NCBI GenBank assembly: GCA_049860595.1
Contig: CP187551.1
Strand: one strand, 5' to 3'
Source: Methanocaldococcus sp. 16A
GTDB taxonomy: Archaea; AGJL01; Methanococci; Methanococcales; Methanocaldococcaceae
Length of the DNA stretch: 64,000 nucleotides
Part shown: one piece after another, positions 49,785 to 61,375 of the stretch
How positions within the stretch are numbered: position 1 is the first letter of the stretch
Layout: each line of letters starts with the position of its first letter
Translations under genes and position numbers: made by a program
The notes under the pieces: model-generated
The model's input: only the letters and a program-made list of their open reading frames with translations
What the model was told of the DNA's origin: nothing
Databases searched by the model: none

Positions 49785-50651
49785 ATGGTGAAGATAACAA
49801 TTTTATCTCCAGAAGGTAAAAGCTGTAGTGTTTGGAATCTAAAGAGAGAGATTGAGAAATTAGGGGCTAATTGTGAAATATTTTTATTATCACACCCAGA
49901 AACATTAATGAGTTATGATTTTAAATTAGAGACTGATTTAATTCACTCAAGATGTGGAATAGGAGATTATGAAGATAAATTAACTCTCTACTCTTGGCAA
50001 TTCATAAATGCATTGGAAGTTGAGAATTGTAGATTTATAAATCCAATTAAAACACTCTATCTCACATCAGATAAATTTAAATGTATAAAATTACTTGCAA
50101 AAAATAAAATAATAACACCAAAAACAGCATTAATTAGGGATTATGAAGATGCTATAAAATTCATAAAAAAATACAATTTAAAATTTCCAGTAGTTATAAA
50201 AAATTCCTTCTCAAAGTGTGGTTTGAAGGTATTTATGGCAAAAAATTTTGAAGAATTGAAGGAACTTACAAAAAATGCAATATGGGAAGGGAAGATTATT
50301 CAAGAATTTATTGATTTTAAAGAAAATGGCTTATATAAGGATATGAGAATATTAGTTGTTGATGGAGAGGTTGTAGGTGGATATAGGAGAGTCAGTAAAG
50401 ATTTTAGAACAAACCTTTATTTGGGAAATGTCGTTGAAAAATTAAATATAGATGAAGAACTTGAGGAGTTAGCTTTAAAATGTGCTGATTTATCTGAAGC
50501 TGTAATTTTGGGAGTAGATATTCTACCAACAAAAGATAGCTATTATGTTATTGAACTCAACTCCTCCCCGGGAACTAAGGGCTTTAGAGATATAGGAATA
50601 AATGCAGACAAAAAAATAGCAGAAGCTTTAATTAGATATGCAAAATCCTAA
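49785..50651 (+). CDS. cofF: RimK-family ATP-grasp ligase, probably coenzyme F420-2:alpha-L-glutamate ligase
   Basis: IQEFI, DMRILVV, FRTNL, GVDI, IELNSSPG; position after hisS as recalled for M. jannaschii MJ1001. Confidence 0.75.
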   Translation: MVKITILSPEGKSCSVWNLKREIEKLGANCEIFLLSHPETLMSYDFKLETDLIHSRCGIGDYEDKLTLYSWQFINALEVENCRFINPIKTLYLTSDKFKCIKLLAKNKIITPKTALIRDYEDAIKFIKKYNLKFPVVIKNSFSKCGLKVFMAKNFEELKELTKNAIWEGKIIQEFIDFKENGLYKDMRILVVDGEVVGGYRRVSKDFRTNLYLGNVVEKLNIDEELEELALKCADLSEAVILGVDILPTKDSYYVIELNSSPGTKGFRDIGINADKKIAEALIRYAKS

Positions 50652-50690
50652 ATGTCTTCCTTTTGGGAGACATTCAAATTTTCCTTTTTA
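50651..50690 (+). terminator. 10-bp stem-loop followed by T-rich tract after cofF
   Basis: AATGTCTTCC-TTTT-GGGAGACATT, then TTTTCCTTTTT. Confidence 0.35.
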
Positions 50691-50733
50691 AAGTTTAGTT
50701 TATTTTGCACAAAACTATAAATTCTCATTTCTA

Positions 50734-51672
50734 ATGGTGGAGTTAATGATAGCAAAGCATATAATAAAGCATGGATTGGAATTAGCTTATGATATTAAGG
50801 CAGATGCATTTATGATTTTTACAGAGACAGGAAAATCTTATGAATTATTAAAATCATTAAAAAAAGATAACAACTCAAAAATCTTGAAGATATTTGATAA
50901 AATGATACATAAAAACTTGAAGATAATTGTTGCCACACCAAATGAGATAACTTATAAAAAAATTACTCATGAAAATGAAGAAAATATCTACCCTGTATTT
51001 ATTAAGCATAGAGAAGATAATAGATGCATGATAATAAGTAGTGGTATTGTTCATGCTCTAAAAAGAAAGATATTAAAAGAAAATCATAGAATTGTTGCAG
51101 TAGTTGGAGAACCAAAAACCCCTGGGAAGTTGGATACAATAATGGTTGTTAATGTAAAAGACTATGTAAAGACCTTAACTTTATATAAGCTCTTTGAAAC
51201 ATTAGATGAAAAACAGAGAAGAACTTTAAAAGAGGTTATAAAATTAGCTATGGAAATTGGGAGAGAGGGAAGAGAAGGAGAATGTGTTGGAACAATATTT
51301 GTTATTGGAGATACACTAAATGTTATGAATATGTCCAAACCTTTAATATTAAATCCATTTGCTGGACACAATGCAAGCATATTTGATAAAAATGTAAAAG
51401 GAACTATAAAGGAGCTATCTTCTATTGATGGAGCATTTATAGTTACTGATGAAGGAAAAGTAGTTTCAGCAGGTAGATTCTTAGAGACAAAAGGAGATGT
51501 TGATATACCAAAAGGTTTAGGAGCGAGGCACATGGCAGCTGCAAGTATAACAAAAAATACAAATGCCATAGCTGTAACTGTTTCACAAAGTGGTGGAGTG
51601 GTTAGGGTATTTAAAGATGGGAAAATAGTGTTTGAAACTGACCCAAGAGCAAATATAATATTCTTTGATTAG
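50734..51672 (+). CDS. dacZ: Diadenylate cyclase (DisA_N domain; archaeal DacZ type)
   Basis: EGREGECVGTIF, ELSSIDGAF (DGA), GLGARHMAAA, VSQSGG. Confidence 0.85.
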   Translation: MVELMIAKHIIKHGLELAYDIKADAFMIFTETGKSYELLKSLKKDNNSKILKIFDKMIHKNLKIIVATPNEITYKKITHENEENIYPVFIKHREDNRCMIISSGIVHALKRKILKENHRIVAVVGEPKTPGKLDTIMVVNVKDYVKTLTLYKLFETLDEKQRRTLKEVIKLAMEIGREGREGECVGTIFVIGDTLNVMNMSKPLILNPFAGHNASIFDKNVKGTIKELSSIDGAFIVTDEGKVVSAGRFLETKGDVDIPKGLGARHMAAASITKNTNAIAVTVSQSGGVVRVFKDGKIVFETDPRANIIFFD

Positions 51673-51690
51673 ATATGGCTAGGTGATAAA

Positions 51691-52953
51691 TTGACACTGG
51701 TAGAGAAGATATTATCAAAAAAAGTTGGTTATAAGGTCTATGAAGGAGATAGCATAGAGGTTGAGGTAGATTTGGCAATGACGCATGATGGAACTACACC
51801 ATTAGCTTATAAAGCTTTAAAAGAGATGAGCGATAGCGTTTGGAATCCAGATAAAATAGTTGTTGCCTTCGACCACAATGTTCCAGCAAATACAGTTAAA
51901 GCTGCTGAAATGCAAAAATTGGCTTTAGAGTTTGTTAAGAGATTTGGCATAAAAAATTTCCATAAAGGTGGGGAAGGTATTTGCCATCAAATCTTAGCTG
52001 AGAATTATGTTCTTCCTAATATGTTTGTAGCTGGTGGAGACAGCCATACATGCACTCATGGAGCTTTTGGAGCTTTTGCCACTGGCTTTGGGGCTACTGA
52101 TATGGCTTATATTTATGCAACAGGGGAAACATGGATTAAAGTACCAAAAACTATTAGGGTTGATATTGTTGGAAAAAATGAGAATATTTCTGCTAAAGAT
52201 ATTGTTCTGAGAGTTTGTAGGGAGATAGGTAGGAGAGGAGCTACATACATGGCTATTGAATATGGCGGAGAAGTTGTAAAAAATATGGATATGGATGGGA
52301 GATTAACATTATGTAATATGGCAATAGAAATGGGAGGAAAAACAGGAGTTATAGAGGCAGATGAAATAACTTACAACTATTTAAAGAAAGAGAGGAATCT
52401 AAGTGATGAAGAAATTGCAAAATTAAAAAAAGAAAGAATAACAGTAAATAGGGAAGAGGAGAGTTATTATAAAGAAATTGAGATTGACATAACAGATATG
52501 GAAGAGCAAATAGCAGTTCCACACCATCCTGATAATGTAAAGCCAGTTAGTGAAGTTGAAGGAATTGAAATTGATCAAGTTTTTATAGGTAGTTGTACAA
52601 ATGGAAGATTGAGTGATTTAAGGGAAGCAGCTAAATACTTAAAGGGTAGAGAGGTTCATAAAGATGTTAAATTAATTATCATCCCTGCATCAAAAAAGGT
52701 TTTTATGCAAGCGTTAAAAGAGGGGCTTATTGATATATTTGTTAAAGCTGGGGCAATGATTTGCACACCTGGATGCGGCCCATGCTTAGGGGCTCATCAA
52801 GGAGTTTTAGCTGAGGGGGAAGTTTGTTTATCAACAACAAACAGAAACTTTAGAGGAAGAATGGGACATATAAATAGCTATATTTATTTGGCATCACCAA
52901 AAGTTGCTGCAATAAGTGCAATTAAAGGATACATAACTAATAAATTAGATTAA
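51691..52953 (+). CDS. aksD: Homoaconitase large subunit (aconitase / IPM isomerase family)
   Basis: HDGT, FDH, GICHQ, DSHTCT, GSCTNGR, CGPCLG, STTNRNF; homoaconitase assignment from recalled similarity to MJ1003. Confidence 0.8.
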   Translation: MTLVEKILSKKVGYKVYEGDSIEVEVDLAMTHDGTTPLAYKALKEMSDSVWNPDKIVVAFDHNVPANTVKAAEMQKLALEFVKRFGIKNFHKGGEGICHQILAENYVLPNMFVAGGDSHTCTHGAFGAFATGFGATDMAYIYATGETWIKVPKTIRVDIVGKNENISAKDIVLRVCREIGRRGATYMAIEYGGEVVKNMDMDGRLTLCNMAIEMGGKTGVIEADEITYNYLKKERNLSDEEIAKLKKERITVNREEESYYKEIEIDITDMEEQIAVPHHPDNVKPVSEVEGIEIDQVFIGSCTNGRLSDLREAAKYLKGREVHKDVKLIIIPASKKVFMQALKEGLIDIFVKAGAMICTPGCGPCLGAHQGVLAEGEVCLSTTNRNFRGRMGHINSYIYLASPKVAAISAIKGYITNKLD

Positions 52954-53059
52954 AATAAAATAAATTAGATTTTAGTTAAAATCAATTTTAAAAAGATAAA
53001 GATAAAAAGATAAAAAGTTCAAATGCTATAATTATTTTTATAAATTTTTCCGTGATACT

Positions 53060-53704
53060 ATGAAAGTTAGAGACTTGATGGACAAGAATTTTGCTAAAGT
53101 ATATATAGATGAGACTGTTGAAAATGCTATAAACTTATTAAAAAAGAAAAAGAGATTTTCTGCGCCTATAGTTGATAAAGAAGATAAGTTAGTTGGTTGG
53201 ATAACAACCTTGGAGTTGTTAGGGATTTCAGAGAAAGATTTCAAAAAACCAATAACTGAGTTTATGCGTAATAAAGAAGAAGTTATTACTGTTTATGAAG
53301 ATGATGAGGCAAGAGATGTGGTTTTAAAATTCGTTAAATATAAGGTTGTTAGTATTCCAGTTTTAACAAGAGATGGTAGAGTTGTGGGGATGGTTAGAAA
53401 CTGTGATGTTGTTAAAACCTTAGCTAAGTTATATGAAATTCCAGTATATAAGATATTTAAGGAATTACACAATCATATTGGAGATATAAGCTGGGAAGAG
53501 TTGATGGAAGCAGCAGCAGTTGTAACAAAAAGAATGACTGGAGAGGATATAACGCCAAAAGAGTATGAAGAGAGAATTAAAAAAACAACATTTGGAAAGG
53601 CTATATGGGCATGTGGAGGTTTAGAAAAGTTTTTTGTAGGACTTATTGAGATAGGAATGGTTGCATTAGCGAGAAGACTGGCAAAGATAAGGGGGGTTAA
53701 ATGA
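53060..53704 (+). CDS. CBS-domain protein with C-terminal helical domain
   Basis: MKVRDLMD...APIVD...VGWIT and IPVL...VGMVR. Confidence 0.88.
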   Translation: MKVRDLMDKNFAKVYIDETVENAINLLKKKKRFSAPIVDKEDKLVGWITTLELLGISEKDFKKPITEFMRNKEEVITVYEDDEARDVVLKFVKYKVVSIPVLTRDGRVVGMVRNCDVVKTLAKLYEIPVYKIFKELHNHIGDISWEELMEAAAVVTKRMTGEDITPKEYEERIKKTTFGKAIWACGGLEKFFVGLIEIGMVALARRLAKIRGVK

Positions 53705-54096
53705 GGATAGAGGATGAGATAAAAAATATAGTAGAGAGAAAAGATTATGATTTTTGGGAATTTTTAAAAAAGGCCTATGAGAATAATATAAAATTGGATA
53801 TTGGACATTTCATCCTTTTAAATATTCTTATTGGTGTTAATGATTTATACAAAAAATTAGCAGAAAAGTTTGGAGAGGAAGAGGCGAGAAAAATATTGGA
53901 GAGGAATAAAATATTTGCAAAAAACTCTGATTTTATATCTGGTGAGTTTTTAAAGGATTATATTGATAGAAAAAGTAGAGTGGCAGTTCATAATAGGATA
54001 AAAGATTTAAAAACTATTGGATTTAAAATAGAGAGTAAGTCAGGACCTTTTGGTGGGTATAAAATAGTTGATTATCCAGAATGGTTTAAGAAATAA
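53701..54096 (+). CDS. Hypothetical protein, probable C-terminal winged helix
   Basis: ISGEFL...SRVAVHNRIKDLKTIGFKIES...GGY resembles a BirA-type HTH; overlaps the upstream CBS gene. Confidence 0.65.
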   Translation: MRIEDEIKNIVERKDYDFWEFLKKAYENNIKLDIGHFILLNILIGVNDLYKKLAEKFGEEEARKILERNKIFAKNSDFISGEFLKDYIDRKSRVAVHNRIKDLKTIGFKIESKSGPFGGYKIVDYPEWFKK

Positions 54097-54100
54097 TTAA

Positions 54101-54180
54101 TATTAGGACTTTCGCACTTTATATATTCATTAATGAAAAAATGATGGCAAAAAATTTATTCCTGTGAAAGTTCTATAATA
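54101..54180. repeat. Palindromic element, copy 9
   Basis: TAGGACTTTCGCACTTTATATATTCATTAATG...TTTATTCCTGTGAAAGTTCTA. Confidence 0.82.
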
Positions 54181-54292
54181 GGTCTTTTTTTATATACAAC
54201 TATAACTACTTAAACAGTAAATATTTTATACTCTAAGCTTTTTCAAAAAAGATTATAATCTTTATTATAAAAAAGTATGTCTGGTGAGTTGA

Positions 54293-56929
54293 ATGGAGAT
54301 GCCAAAGGATTACAATATAGAGATTGAGAAACAGATACAAAAAAAGTGGGAAGAAAGTAAAATTTACAAATTTGATGAAGAGAGCAAAAAACCACCATAT
54401 ATTATTGATACTCCTCCTCCATACCCAACTGGTAGATTACACTTAGGACATGCTTTAAACTGGACTTACATGGATATAATAGCGAGATACAAGAGAATGA
54501 AAGGATTTAATGTTTTATTCCCACAAGGATGGGATTGTCATGGATTGCCAACAGAGGTTAAGGTTGAAGAGATACATGGCATAACAAAGTCAGATGTTGA
54601 TAGACACAAATTTAGAGAGTTATGTATTGAATTAACAAAGGAAAACATTGAAAAAATGAGAAGACAGATAAAATCCTTAGGAATTTCTATTGATTGGGAT
54701 AGAGAATATATAACAATGACTCCTGACTATATTAGAAAGTCTCAAACAGCCTTTGTTAGAATGTATAAAGATGGTTTAATTTATAGAGGTAAGTTCCCAG
54801 TAAATTGGTGTCCAAGATGTCAAACAGCTATTGCGTTTGCTGAAGTTGAATATAAAGAGAGAGAAAGTAAGCTAAACTATATAAAATTCCCTGCTACTGA
54901 TGGAGAAGGGCATTTGTTGATAGCTACAACAAGACCTGAACTTATGGCTGCGTGTGTTGCTATATTAGTTCATCCAGAGGATGAGAGATATAAGCACTTA
55001 ATTGGAAAAGAGTTTATAGTTCCATTATTTGGGCATAAGGTTAAGTTATTAGCTGATGAAGATGTAGAGAAAGAGTTTGGGACTGGAGCGGTTATGGTCT
55101 GTACATTTGGGGATAAGACAGACATTTTGTGGGTAAATAGGCATAAATTAGAGATTAAGAAAGCAATTGATGAGAAAGGAACTCTAACAGAAATTGCTGG
55201 CAAATATAAGGGATTAAAGACAGAGGAAGCAAGGGAGAAGATTATTGAAGATTTAAAGAAAGAAGGTTATTTAGTTAAGCAAGAGCCTATAAAACAGAAT
55301 GTTGGAGTTTGTTGGAGATGTAAAACTCCTATTGAAATTATTGTTACTGAGCAGTGGTTCGTCAATGTAAAAAAACTAATTCCAAAAATTAGAGAAATTG
55401 CTGAAGAGATTAAATGGGTTCCAGAGCACATGAAAATTAGATTGTTAAATTGGATTGAAGACATGGATTGGGATTGGGTTATAAGTAGGCAAAGAATCTT
55501 TGCTACACCAATACCAGTATGGTATTGCAAAAAATGTGGAAATGTAGTAGTTGCTAAAGAAGAGGATTTACCAATAGACCCAACTAAAACAGGTTATGTA
55601 TGTGATAAGTGTGGAAACACTGACTTAATTCCAGAAACTGATGTTTTAGATACATGGATGGACTCATCTATAACTCCGATGGTTATAACTAAGTGGTTAG
55701 ATGATGATAAATTCTTTGAGAAGCATTATCCTGTCCAACTAAGACCACAGGGGCATGATATAATTAGAACTTGGGCTTTCTATACTATAGTTAAGTCAAT
55801 AGCTTTAACTGGCAAAAAACCATGGGATGAGATAGTTATAAACGGAATGGTGTTTGGAGAAGATGGGCATAAGATGAGTAAGAGTAGAGGAAATGTCGTA
55901 GAGCCAGATGAAATTATTGCAAAGTATGGAGCAGATGCTTTAAGATTGTGGGCAAGTAATAGCGTTGTTGGAGATGATGTCCAATTCTTATGGAAAGAGG
56001 TTGATTACGGTTATAGATTCTTAAGGAAGTTTTGGAATGCTTGTAGATTTGCTAAGATGCATATATCTGATGACATAATAGATGAGCTAAAGAAACCTTT
56101 AGATGTAAAGAATCCAATAGATTTATGGATTTTAAGTAAGTTGCAGAAATTAATTGAGAGAGTTGATAGAGATTTAGAGAATTATAGATTCAATACAATA
56201 GTAGAGATTTATAAGTTTGTATGGCATGAGTTCTGTGACAATTACATAGAGATGGTTAAATATAGGTTGTATGGAGATGATGAGGAGGCTAAGAAAGAAG
56301 CAAGATGGACATTGTACTATGCAATAGATAAATTGATAAGGTTGTTAGCTCCATTTGCTCCACACTTCGCTGACTATGTAGCTGATATCTATAAAATAGA
56401 TAACTTGCATTTCTCATTCCCAAAGGTAGATAAGAAATTTATAAATGAAGTGGCAGAGAGATTTGGAGAAATTGCTAAAAATACAGTTATCTCAATTAGA
56501 AGATTCAAATCAAATAAAGGTATGCCTTTAAATGCTCCATTAAAGTATGTTGAGATTTATACAGAGGATGAAGAGGCTTACAATGCATTAATTAAAACAG
56601 CTGAGGACATTAAAGGAACTTTGAAGATTGAAGAATTCAAAATAATTAAAGGAAAACCAGCTTTAGAATCAAAGATAATTGAAGTTATTCCAGACAAATC
56701 AAAGATAGGGCCAGAATTTAAAAAGAATGCAAAATACGTTATGGATTTAATTAAGAATGCTGATGAGGAGACATTAAATAAGATAATTAATGAAGGTTTA
56801 GAAACAGAATATGGAGTTATTAGGAAAGAACATATAAAAGATGTCAAAAGAGCTTTATTCTGTGAAGGAGAAGAAGTAGATTCAGTTGATATTGAAGGAG
56901 TTTTAGCAGTAGCAATAATTAGAAAATAA
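54293..56929 (+). CDS. valS: Valine--tRNA ligase
   Basis: [34 protein letters not shown]. Confidence 0.97.
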   Translation: MEMPKDYNIEIEKQIQKKWEESKIYKFDEESKKPPYIIDTPPPYPTGRLHLGHALNWTYMDIIARYKRMKGFNVLFPQGWDCHGLPTEVKVEEIHGITKSDVDRHKFRELCIELTKENIEKMRRQIKSLGISIDWDREYITMTPDYIRKSQTAFVRMYKDGLIYRGKFPVNWCPRCQTAIAFAEVEYKERESKLNYIKFPATDGEGHLLIATTRPELMAACVAILVHPEDERYKHLIGKEFIVPLFGHKVKLLADEDVEKEFGTGAVMVCTFGDKTDILWVNRHKLEIKKAIDEKGTLTEIAGKYKGLKTEEAREKIIEDLKKEGYLVKQEPIKQNVGVCWRCKTPIEIIVTEQWFVNVKKLIPKIREIAEEIKWVPEHMKIRLLNWIEDMDWDWVISRQRIFATPIPVWYCKKCGNVVVAKEEDLPIDPTKTGYVCDKCGNTDLIPETDVLDTWMDSSITPMVITKWLDDDKFFEKHYPVQLRPQGHDIIRTWAFYTIVKSIALTGKKPWDEIVINGMVFGEDGHKMSKSRGNVVEPDEIIAKYGADALRLWASNSVVGDDVQFLWKEVDYGYRFLRKFWNACRFAKMHISDDIIDELKKPLDVKNPIDLWILSKLQKLIERVDRDLENYRFNTIVEIYKFVWHEFCDNYIEMVKYRLYGDDEEAKKEARWTLYYAIDKLIRLLAPFAPHFADYVADIYKIDNLHFSFPKVDKKFINEVAERFGEIAKNTVISIRRFKSNKGMPLNAPLKYVEIYTEDEEAYNALIKTAEDIKGTLKIEEFKIIKGKPALESKIIEVIPDKSKIGPEFKKNAKYVMDLIKNADEETLNKIINEGLETEYGVIRKEHIKDVKRALFCEGEEVDSVDIEGVLAVAIIRK

Positions 56930-56960
56930 AAAATAAAATAAATTTTTAACTTTTTTATTT

Positions 56961-57827
56961 TTATTCATCATAAACTTTTATTCCCCATTTTGTTCTAATC
57001 TCTTTAAATCTCTCTTTTAATTTCTTAGTAATTTCTCCAACTTTTTTATCATTTATTATTCTTCCATCAATTTCAAAGACAGGCACAATCTCAGCAGCTG
57101 TTCCTGTGATAAAGAGCTCATCAGCTGTATATAAATCATGTAAAGTTAATGGTTCTTCAACAACTTCAATACCTTCTTCTTTAGCTAATTTTATAACAAC
57201 ATCCCTTGTAATTCCTTTTAATATACTTGCATAGACTGGAGGAGTCTTTAAGATTCCATTTTTAACTACAAATATGTTATCTCCAGTTCCTTCAACAACA
57301 AACCCTTTATCATCCAATAAAAATGCCTCATCAACTCCAGCATAATTAGCTTGAATCTTTGCCAATATACTGTTTAAATAATTTAGAGATTTAACAGCTG
57401 GATTTAAAACATCTACTGGCAATCTTCTAACTGAGACAGTTATGACTCTAATTCCATCTTCTCCTAATAAAGGTGGCATAGGAATAGCTATACAGAAAAT
57501 AGTTGGTTCTTTACACTTTCTTGGGTCTAAACCTAAATCACCAATTCCCCTTGTAACAACTAATCTTATATATGCATCCCTCAAATTATTAACTCTCAAT
57601 GTCTCTAAAACAACATCAATCATCTCTTCTTTTGTTAATGGAATATCTATACAGAGAGATTTTGCTGAATCATACAACCTATCTATATGCTCCTTCAACA
57701 TGAAAACAACGCCATCATAAGCCCTAATTCCTTCAAAAACTCCATCTCCATATAATAAACCATGGTCAAACACAGAAACCTTTGCATCCTTTTCATCAAC
57801 AAATTTTCCGTTTAAGTAGATTTTCAT
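56961..57827 (-). CDS. ilvE: Branched-chain amino acid aminotransferase
   Basis: [43 protein letters not shown]. Confidence 0.95.
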   Translation of the reverse strand: MKIYLNGKFVDEKDAKVSVFDHGLLYGDGVFEGIRAYDGVVFMLKEHIDRLYDSAKSLCIDIPLTKEEMIDVVLETLRVNNLRDAYIRLVVTRGIGDLGLDPRKCKEPTIFCIAIPMPPLLGEDGIRVITVSVRRLPVDVLNPAVKSLNYLNSILAKIQANYAGVDEAFLLDDKGFVVEGTGDNIFVVKNGILKTPPVYASILKGITRDVVIKLAKEEGIEVVEEPLTLHDLYTADELFITGTAAEIVPVFEIDGRIINDKKVGEITKKLKERFKEIRTKWGIKVYDE

Positions 57828-57949
57828 AACCTCACCTTTGATAGTAATAATAAAAGGTATAATAAAGATAGAACTATTAGATGTAAAAAATAACTATAAT
57901 ATAAAATTTTTTGTTTTTTTAAAATTAATACTTAAATATTTCAAAAAAG

Positions 57950-58621
57950 TTATTGATTCATTTTTTCTTCTAATTCTTCCTCTTTTATTCTCTCTCCAGT
58001 AATCATATAAACAACTCTATCCCCTATCGAAGCAACTATATTACCACTCCTCTCTAAATATTTCGCTGCAAAGATTATTTCAGTAGCTAATGTTAAATTT
58101 TTTGGGTCTTCTAAAATTTTGCTTATCATACTCCTATATAGTTGCTCATATAAATCATCCAACCTTTTATCCATATCATAAACTTCTCTTGCTAACTTTT
58201 CATCTCTATTTTTAAATGAAATCATTGCATTTCTTAGCATATTAACTAAATAATCTTTCATAACTATTAATAATTCATTTTTCCTCTTCCCCTCCATATT
58301 GGATTTTAGCAATATCTTACATATCTTTGATGCATTATCTCCAACTTTCTCTAACTTTGATGATATTTTGATGGCTGTCATAATCTCTCTTAAATCTCCA
58401 GATACTGGATGATATAAGGCAATAGCTTTAACACACTTATCTTCAATCTCAATTTCCATTAAATCAATATCATTATCTCTTATTCTAACTTGTTTTGCAA
58501 GCTCTCTATCTCCCTCTGTAAATGCTTTTATAGCATTTTCTATTTGCTCAATACACAAATCAGCCATCTTCATTAAATCTTCTTCTATCTCTTTTAATAC
58601 TTCATCAAATTTTTTTACCAT
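57950..58621 (-). CDS. phoU: Phosphate transport regulator PhoU
   Basis: Two PhoU repeats (LEKVGD, LERSGN), PVSGDLR. Confidence 0.93.
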   Translation of the reverse strand: MVKKFDEVLKEIEEDLMKMADLCIEQIENAIKAFTEGDRELAKQVRIRDNDIDLMEIEIEDKCVKAIALYHPVSGDLREIMTAIKISSKLEKVGDNASKICKILLKSNMEGKRKNELLIVMKDYLVNMLRNAMISFKNRDEKLAREVYDMDKRLDDLYEQLYRSMISKILEDPKNLTLATEIIFAAKYLERSGNIVASIGDRVVYMITGERIKEEELEEKMNQ

Positions 58622-58643
58622 AAGTATTCACCAATCAAAAGTT

Positions 58644-59399
58644 TTAACCAAATCTACCACTAATATAGTCATCTGTTTCCTTCTTTTGAGGATTTAAGAA
58701 TATTTGTTCTGTTTCTCCAAACTCAATTAACTTACCCATTAAGAAAAATGCTGTATAATCTGAAACTCTACTAGCTTGTTGCATGTTGTGGGTAACAACA
58801 ACTATTGTGTAATCCTTAGCTAATTCTACCATTAACTCCTCAATCTTTAATGTTGAAATAGGGTCTAAGGCAGATGTTGGCTCATCCATTAAAATTACTT
58901 CTGGCTTCACAGCTATAGTTCTCGCTATACACAACCTCTGCTGCTGCCCTCCAGATAAACTTAAAGCTGATTTATCTAAGTTATCTTTAACTTCATCCCA
59001 AAGAGCTGCTTTTTTTAGAGCCCACTTAACAATCTTATCTAACTCTTTCTTATCTTTAATTCCATGAATTCTTGGGCCATAAGCAACATTGTCATAGATA
59101 CTCATTGGAAATGGGTTTGGTTTTTGGAAAACCATTCCTACTCTCTTCCTTAGTTCAACAACATCAACATCCTTATCATATATGTTTTTTCCATCCAATA
59201 AAACTTCTCCTTCTATTCTAACTCCTTTAATTAAATCATTCATTCTATTTAAGCATCTCAAAAATGTTGATTTTCCACAACCACTCGGACCAATTAAAGC
59301 AGTTATCTTATTCTCATAGATTGGCATATTTATGTTAAATAATGCTTGTTTTTCACCATACCAAAGGTTTAGGTTTTTAGCTTCCATTTTTACTTTCAT
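58644..59399 (-). CDS. pstB: Phosphate ABC transporter ATPase
   Basis: [41 protein letters not shown]. Confidence 0.97.
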   Translation of the reverse strand: MKVKMEAKNLNLWYGEKQALFNINMPIYENKITALIGPSGCGKSTFLRCLNRMNDLIKGVRIEGEVLLDGKNIYDKDVDVVELRKRVGMVFQKPNPFPMSIYDNVAYGPRIHGIKDKKELDKIVKWALKKAALWDEVKDNLDKSALSLSGGQQQRLCIARTIAVKPEVILMDEPTSALDPISTLKIEELMVELAKDYTIVVVTHNMQQASRVSDYTAFFLMGKLIEFGETEQIFLNPQKKETDDYISGRFG

Positions 59400-59429
59400 T
59401 TTATTCCCCCTGACTATATTTTGTAAATT

Positions 59430-60287
59430 TTAGTATTTTATTGTGTATCTCTTTCTTACATAACTTGCAATTCCAAATATAAAGAACATCATAACCACCA
59501 AAATGAAAGCTACTCCATAAGCCATCTGTAATTCTTGTTGGGAAGTGTATTCAGTTGCTAAGATATACAATGTGTAAGGCAAAGCTTCAACTTGGTCAAA
59601 TAAACCTATTGAATACGAAAATGCAGTTGCAGCAGTGAACATAATTGCCGCTGTTTCTTCAGCACTTCTACCAATTCCTAAGATAATTCCAGTTATTATT
59701 TGAGGTAGAGCAGCAGGCAAAACAACATGCCTTATTGTCTGCCACTTTGTAGCTCCTAATGCTAAACTACCCTCTCTTAATCCTGGTGGGATAGATTTTA
59801 ATCCCTCTTCCGTGGTTCTCATTATAATAGGAAGAATCATAAATGATAGAGTTAAACCCCCAACCAATAAGCAAGGGCCGATTTTTGTAGCAATTGCAAT
59901 TGAAAAACCAAACAAACCAAACACTATTGAAGGTAAACCAGCTAAGCAATCTGTTGAAAATCTTATAATTCTTGCGAGTTTGCTGTCTCCAGCATATTCG
60001 TGGAGATAGATAGCCCCCAATATTCCAAACGGTATGGAAAACAAAACTGCCAATGTAACTAAAGCAAATGTCCCCAATATTGCATACCAAATTCCATCAT
60101 AGGCTATCTCTTTACCAATTATAACATTTATAGGATTAGCGTCTCCAAAGAATAATTCAAGATTTATAGCTCCAATTCCTTTTATAAATAAATATCCTAC
60201 CATAATAAACAAAATTGAAATTACTACAAGTCCACAAGCCCTTAATAGAGCAAACGCAATTTTTTCTTCTAACTTAGGATTAATCAT
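59430..60287 (-). CDS. pstA: Phosphate ABC transporter permease PstA
   Basis: AIYLHEY, LAGLPSIVFGLFG, EGSLALGATKWQTI, GRSAEETA. Confidence 0.94.
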   Translation of the reverse strand: MINPKLEEKIAFALLRACGLVVISILFIMVGYLFIKGIGAINLELFFGDANPINVIIGKEIAYDGIWYAILGTFALVTLAVLFSIPFGILGAIYLHEYAGDSKLARIIRFSTDCLAGLPSIVFGLFGFSIAIATKIGPCLLVGGLTLSFMILPIIMRTTEEGLKSIPPGLREGSLALGATKWQTIRHVVLPAALPQIITGIILGIGRSAEETAAIMFTAATAFSYSIGLFDQVEALPYTLYILATEYTSQQELQMAYGVAFILVVMMFFIFGIASYVRKRYTIKY

Positions 60288-60300
60288 AAGTTATCCCCAT

Positions 60301-61170
60301 TTATTCCCATTTTATTCTGTATTTTTTCTCTAAGTATTGTGATATGATATTTAATCCAACGACTATTACAAATAGAACAATTCCACAGGCAAACATAGCG
60401 TAGTAGATAGGGCTTCCTACAACAGCTTCTTTTATATGTAAGATAATGTGTGATGTTAGAGGTCTTACAGGGTCGAATATTGATTTTGGAATTAATGGCC
60501 AGTTTCCAGCAACCATTAAAACAGCCATCGTCTCTCCTATAGCCCTACCCATTCCTAAGATAATCCCTGCTAAAATCCCACTTAAAGAACTTGGAATTAT
60601 GACATTCTTTATTGTTTGCCAATGAGTGGCTCCTAAAGCTAAGCTTCCTTCCTTTATACTCTGCGGAACACTTCTTATAGCATCTTCAGAGATTGATGTA
60701 ATTGTTGGAAGAATCATAATTGCTAAGATTATAGATGCTGCAAACCAACTAAATCCTGGATTCACATTAAATGTCTCTCTAATCCAAGGAACTAATAAGA
60801 CCATCCCAATGAAACCATAAACAACTGATGGGATAGCAGTTAATATTTCAATTGCTGGTTTTAAAATATCCCTAACTCTTTCAGGGGCTATTTCAGCTAA
60901 ATATATTGCACATCCAACACCTAATGGAACAGCAAACAATAATGCCAAAATAGTTACGCAAAAACTACCAACAATCATTGGAAATATTCCAAACTCTCCA
61001 GCGTATGGATTCCAATTCATACCAAATACAAAGCTTACAGGGTCTATGTAGTTAAAGACAGGTAATCCATTAGTTAGTAAAAAAATAACAATTCCAAGAA
61101 CTATAAAGCTTGAAAATGCTGCAAATATCTTAATGATATTTTCTATAATTATCTCGCTTACTCTTTTCAT
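60301..61170 (-). CDS. pstC: Phosphate ABC transporter permease PstC
   Basis: AIYLAE, AIPSVVYG, SEDAIRSVP, GRAIGETMAV. Confidence 0.95.
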   Translation of the reverse strand: MKRVSEIIIENIIKIFAAFSSFIVLGIVIFLLTNGLPVFNYIDPVSFVFGMNWNPYAGEFGIFPMIVGSFCVTILALLFAVPLGVGCAIYLAEIAPERVRDILKPAIEILTAIPSVVYGFIGMVLLVPWIRETFNVNPGFSWFAASIILAIMILPTITSISEDAIRSVPQSIKEGSLALGATHWQTIKNVIIPSSLSGILAGIILGMGRAIGETMAVLMVAGNWPLIPKSIFDPVRPLTSHIILHIKEAVVGSPIYYAMFACGIVLFVIVVGLNIISQYLEKKYRIKWE

Positions 61171-61202
61171 AAACCCACCGTGAGATTAGCTTCAGTTCTT
61201 AG

Positions 61203-61277
61203 TAGGATTTTCGAACTTTATATATTTATTAAGGAAAACATTGAAGCCTTTCAATATTTATACCTGCGAAAGTCATA
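61203..61277. repeat. Palindromic element, copy 10 (inside the pst operon)
   Basis: TAGGATTTTCGAACTTTATATATT...TTTATACCTGCGAAAGTCATA. Confidence 0.72.
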
Positions 61278-61375
61278 TTAATTAAACTAATACTATAAAC
61301 AAATTTATTTAAAATTTATCATTACAATCTCTAAATTATTGATACAATGAAAAATAAAAAAATAAAAGAGTAATG

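Noticed and set aside
60030-60040. CGGTATGGAAA match to the CRISPR repeat inside pstA
   Set aside because: Only 11 nt, within normal coding sequence; chance match.
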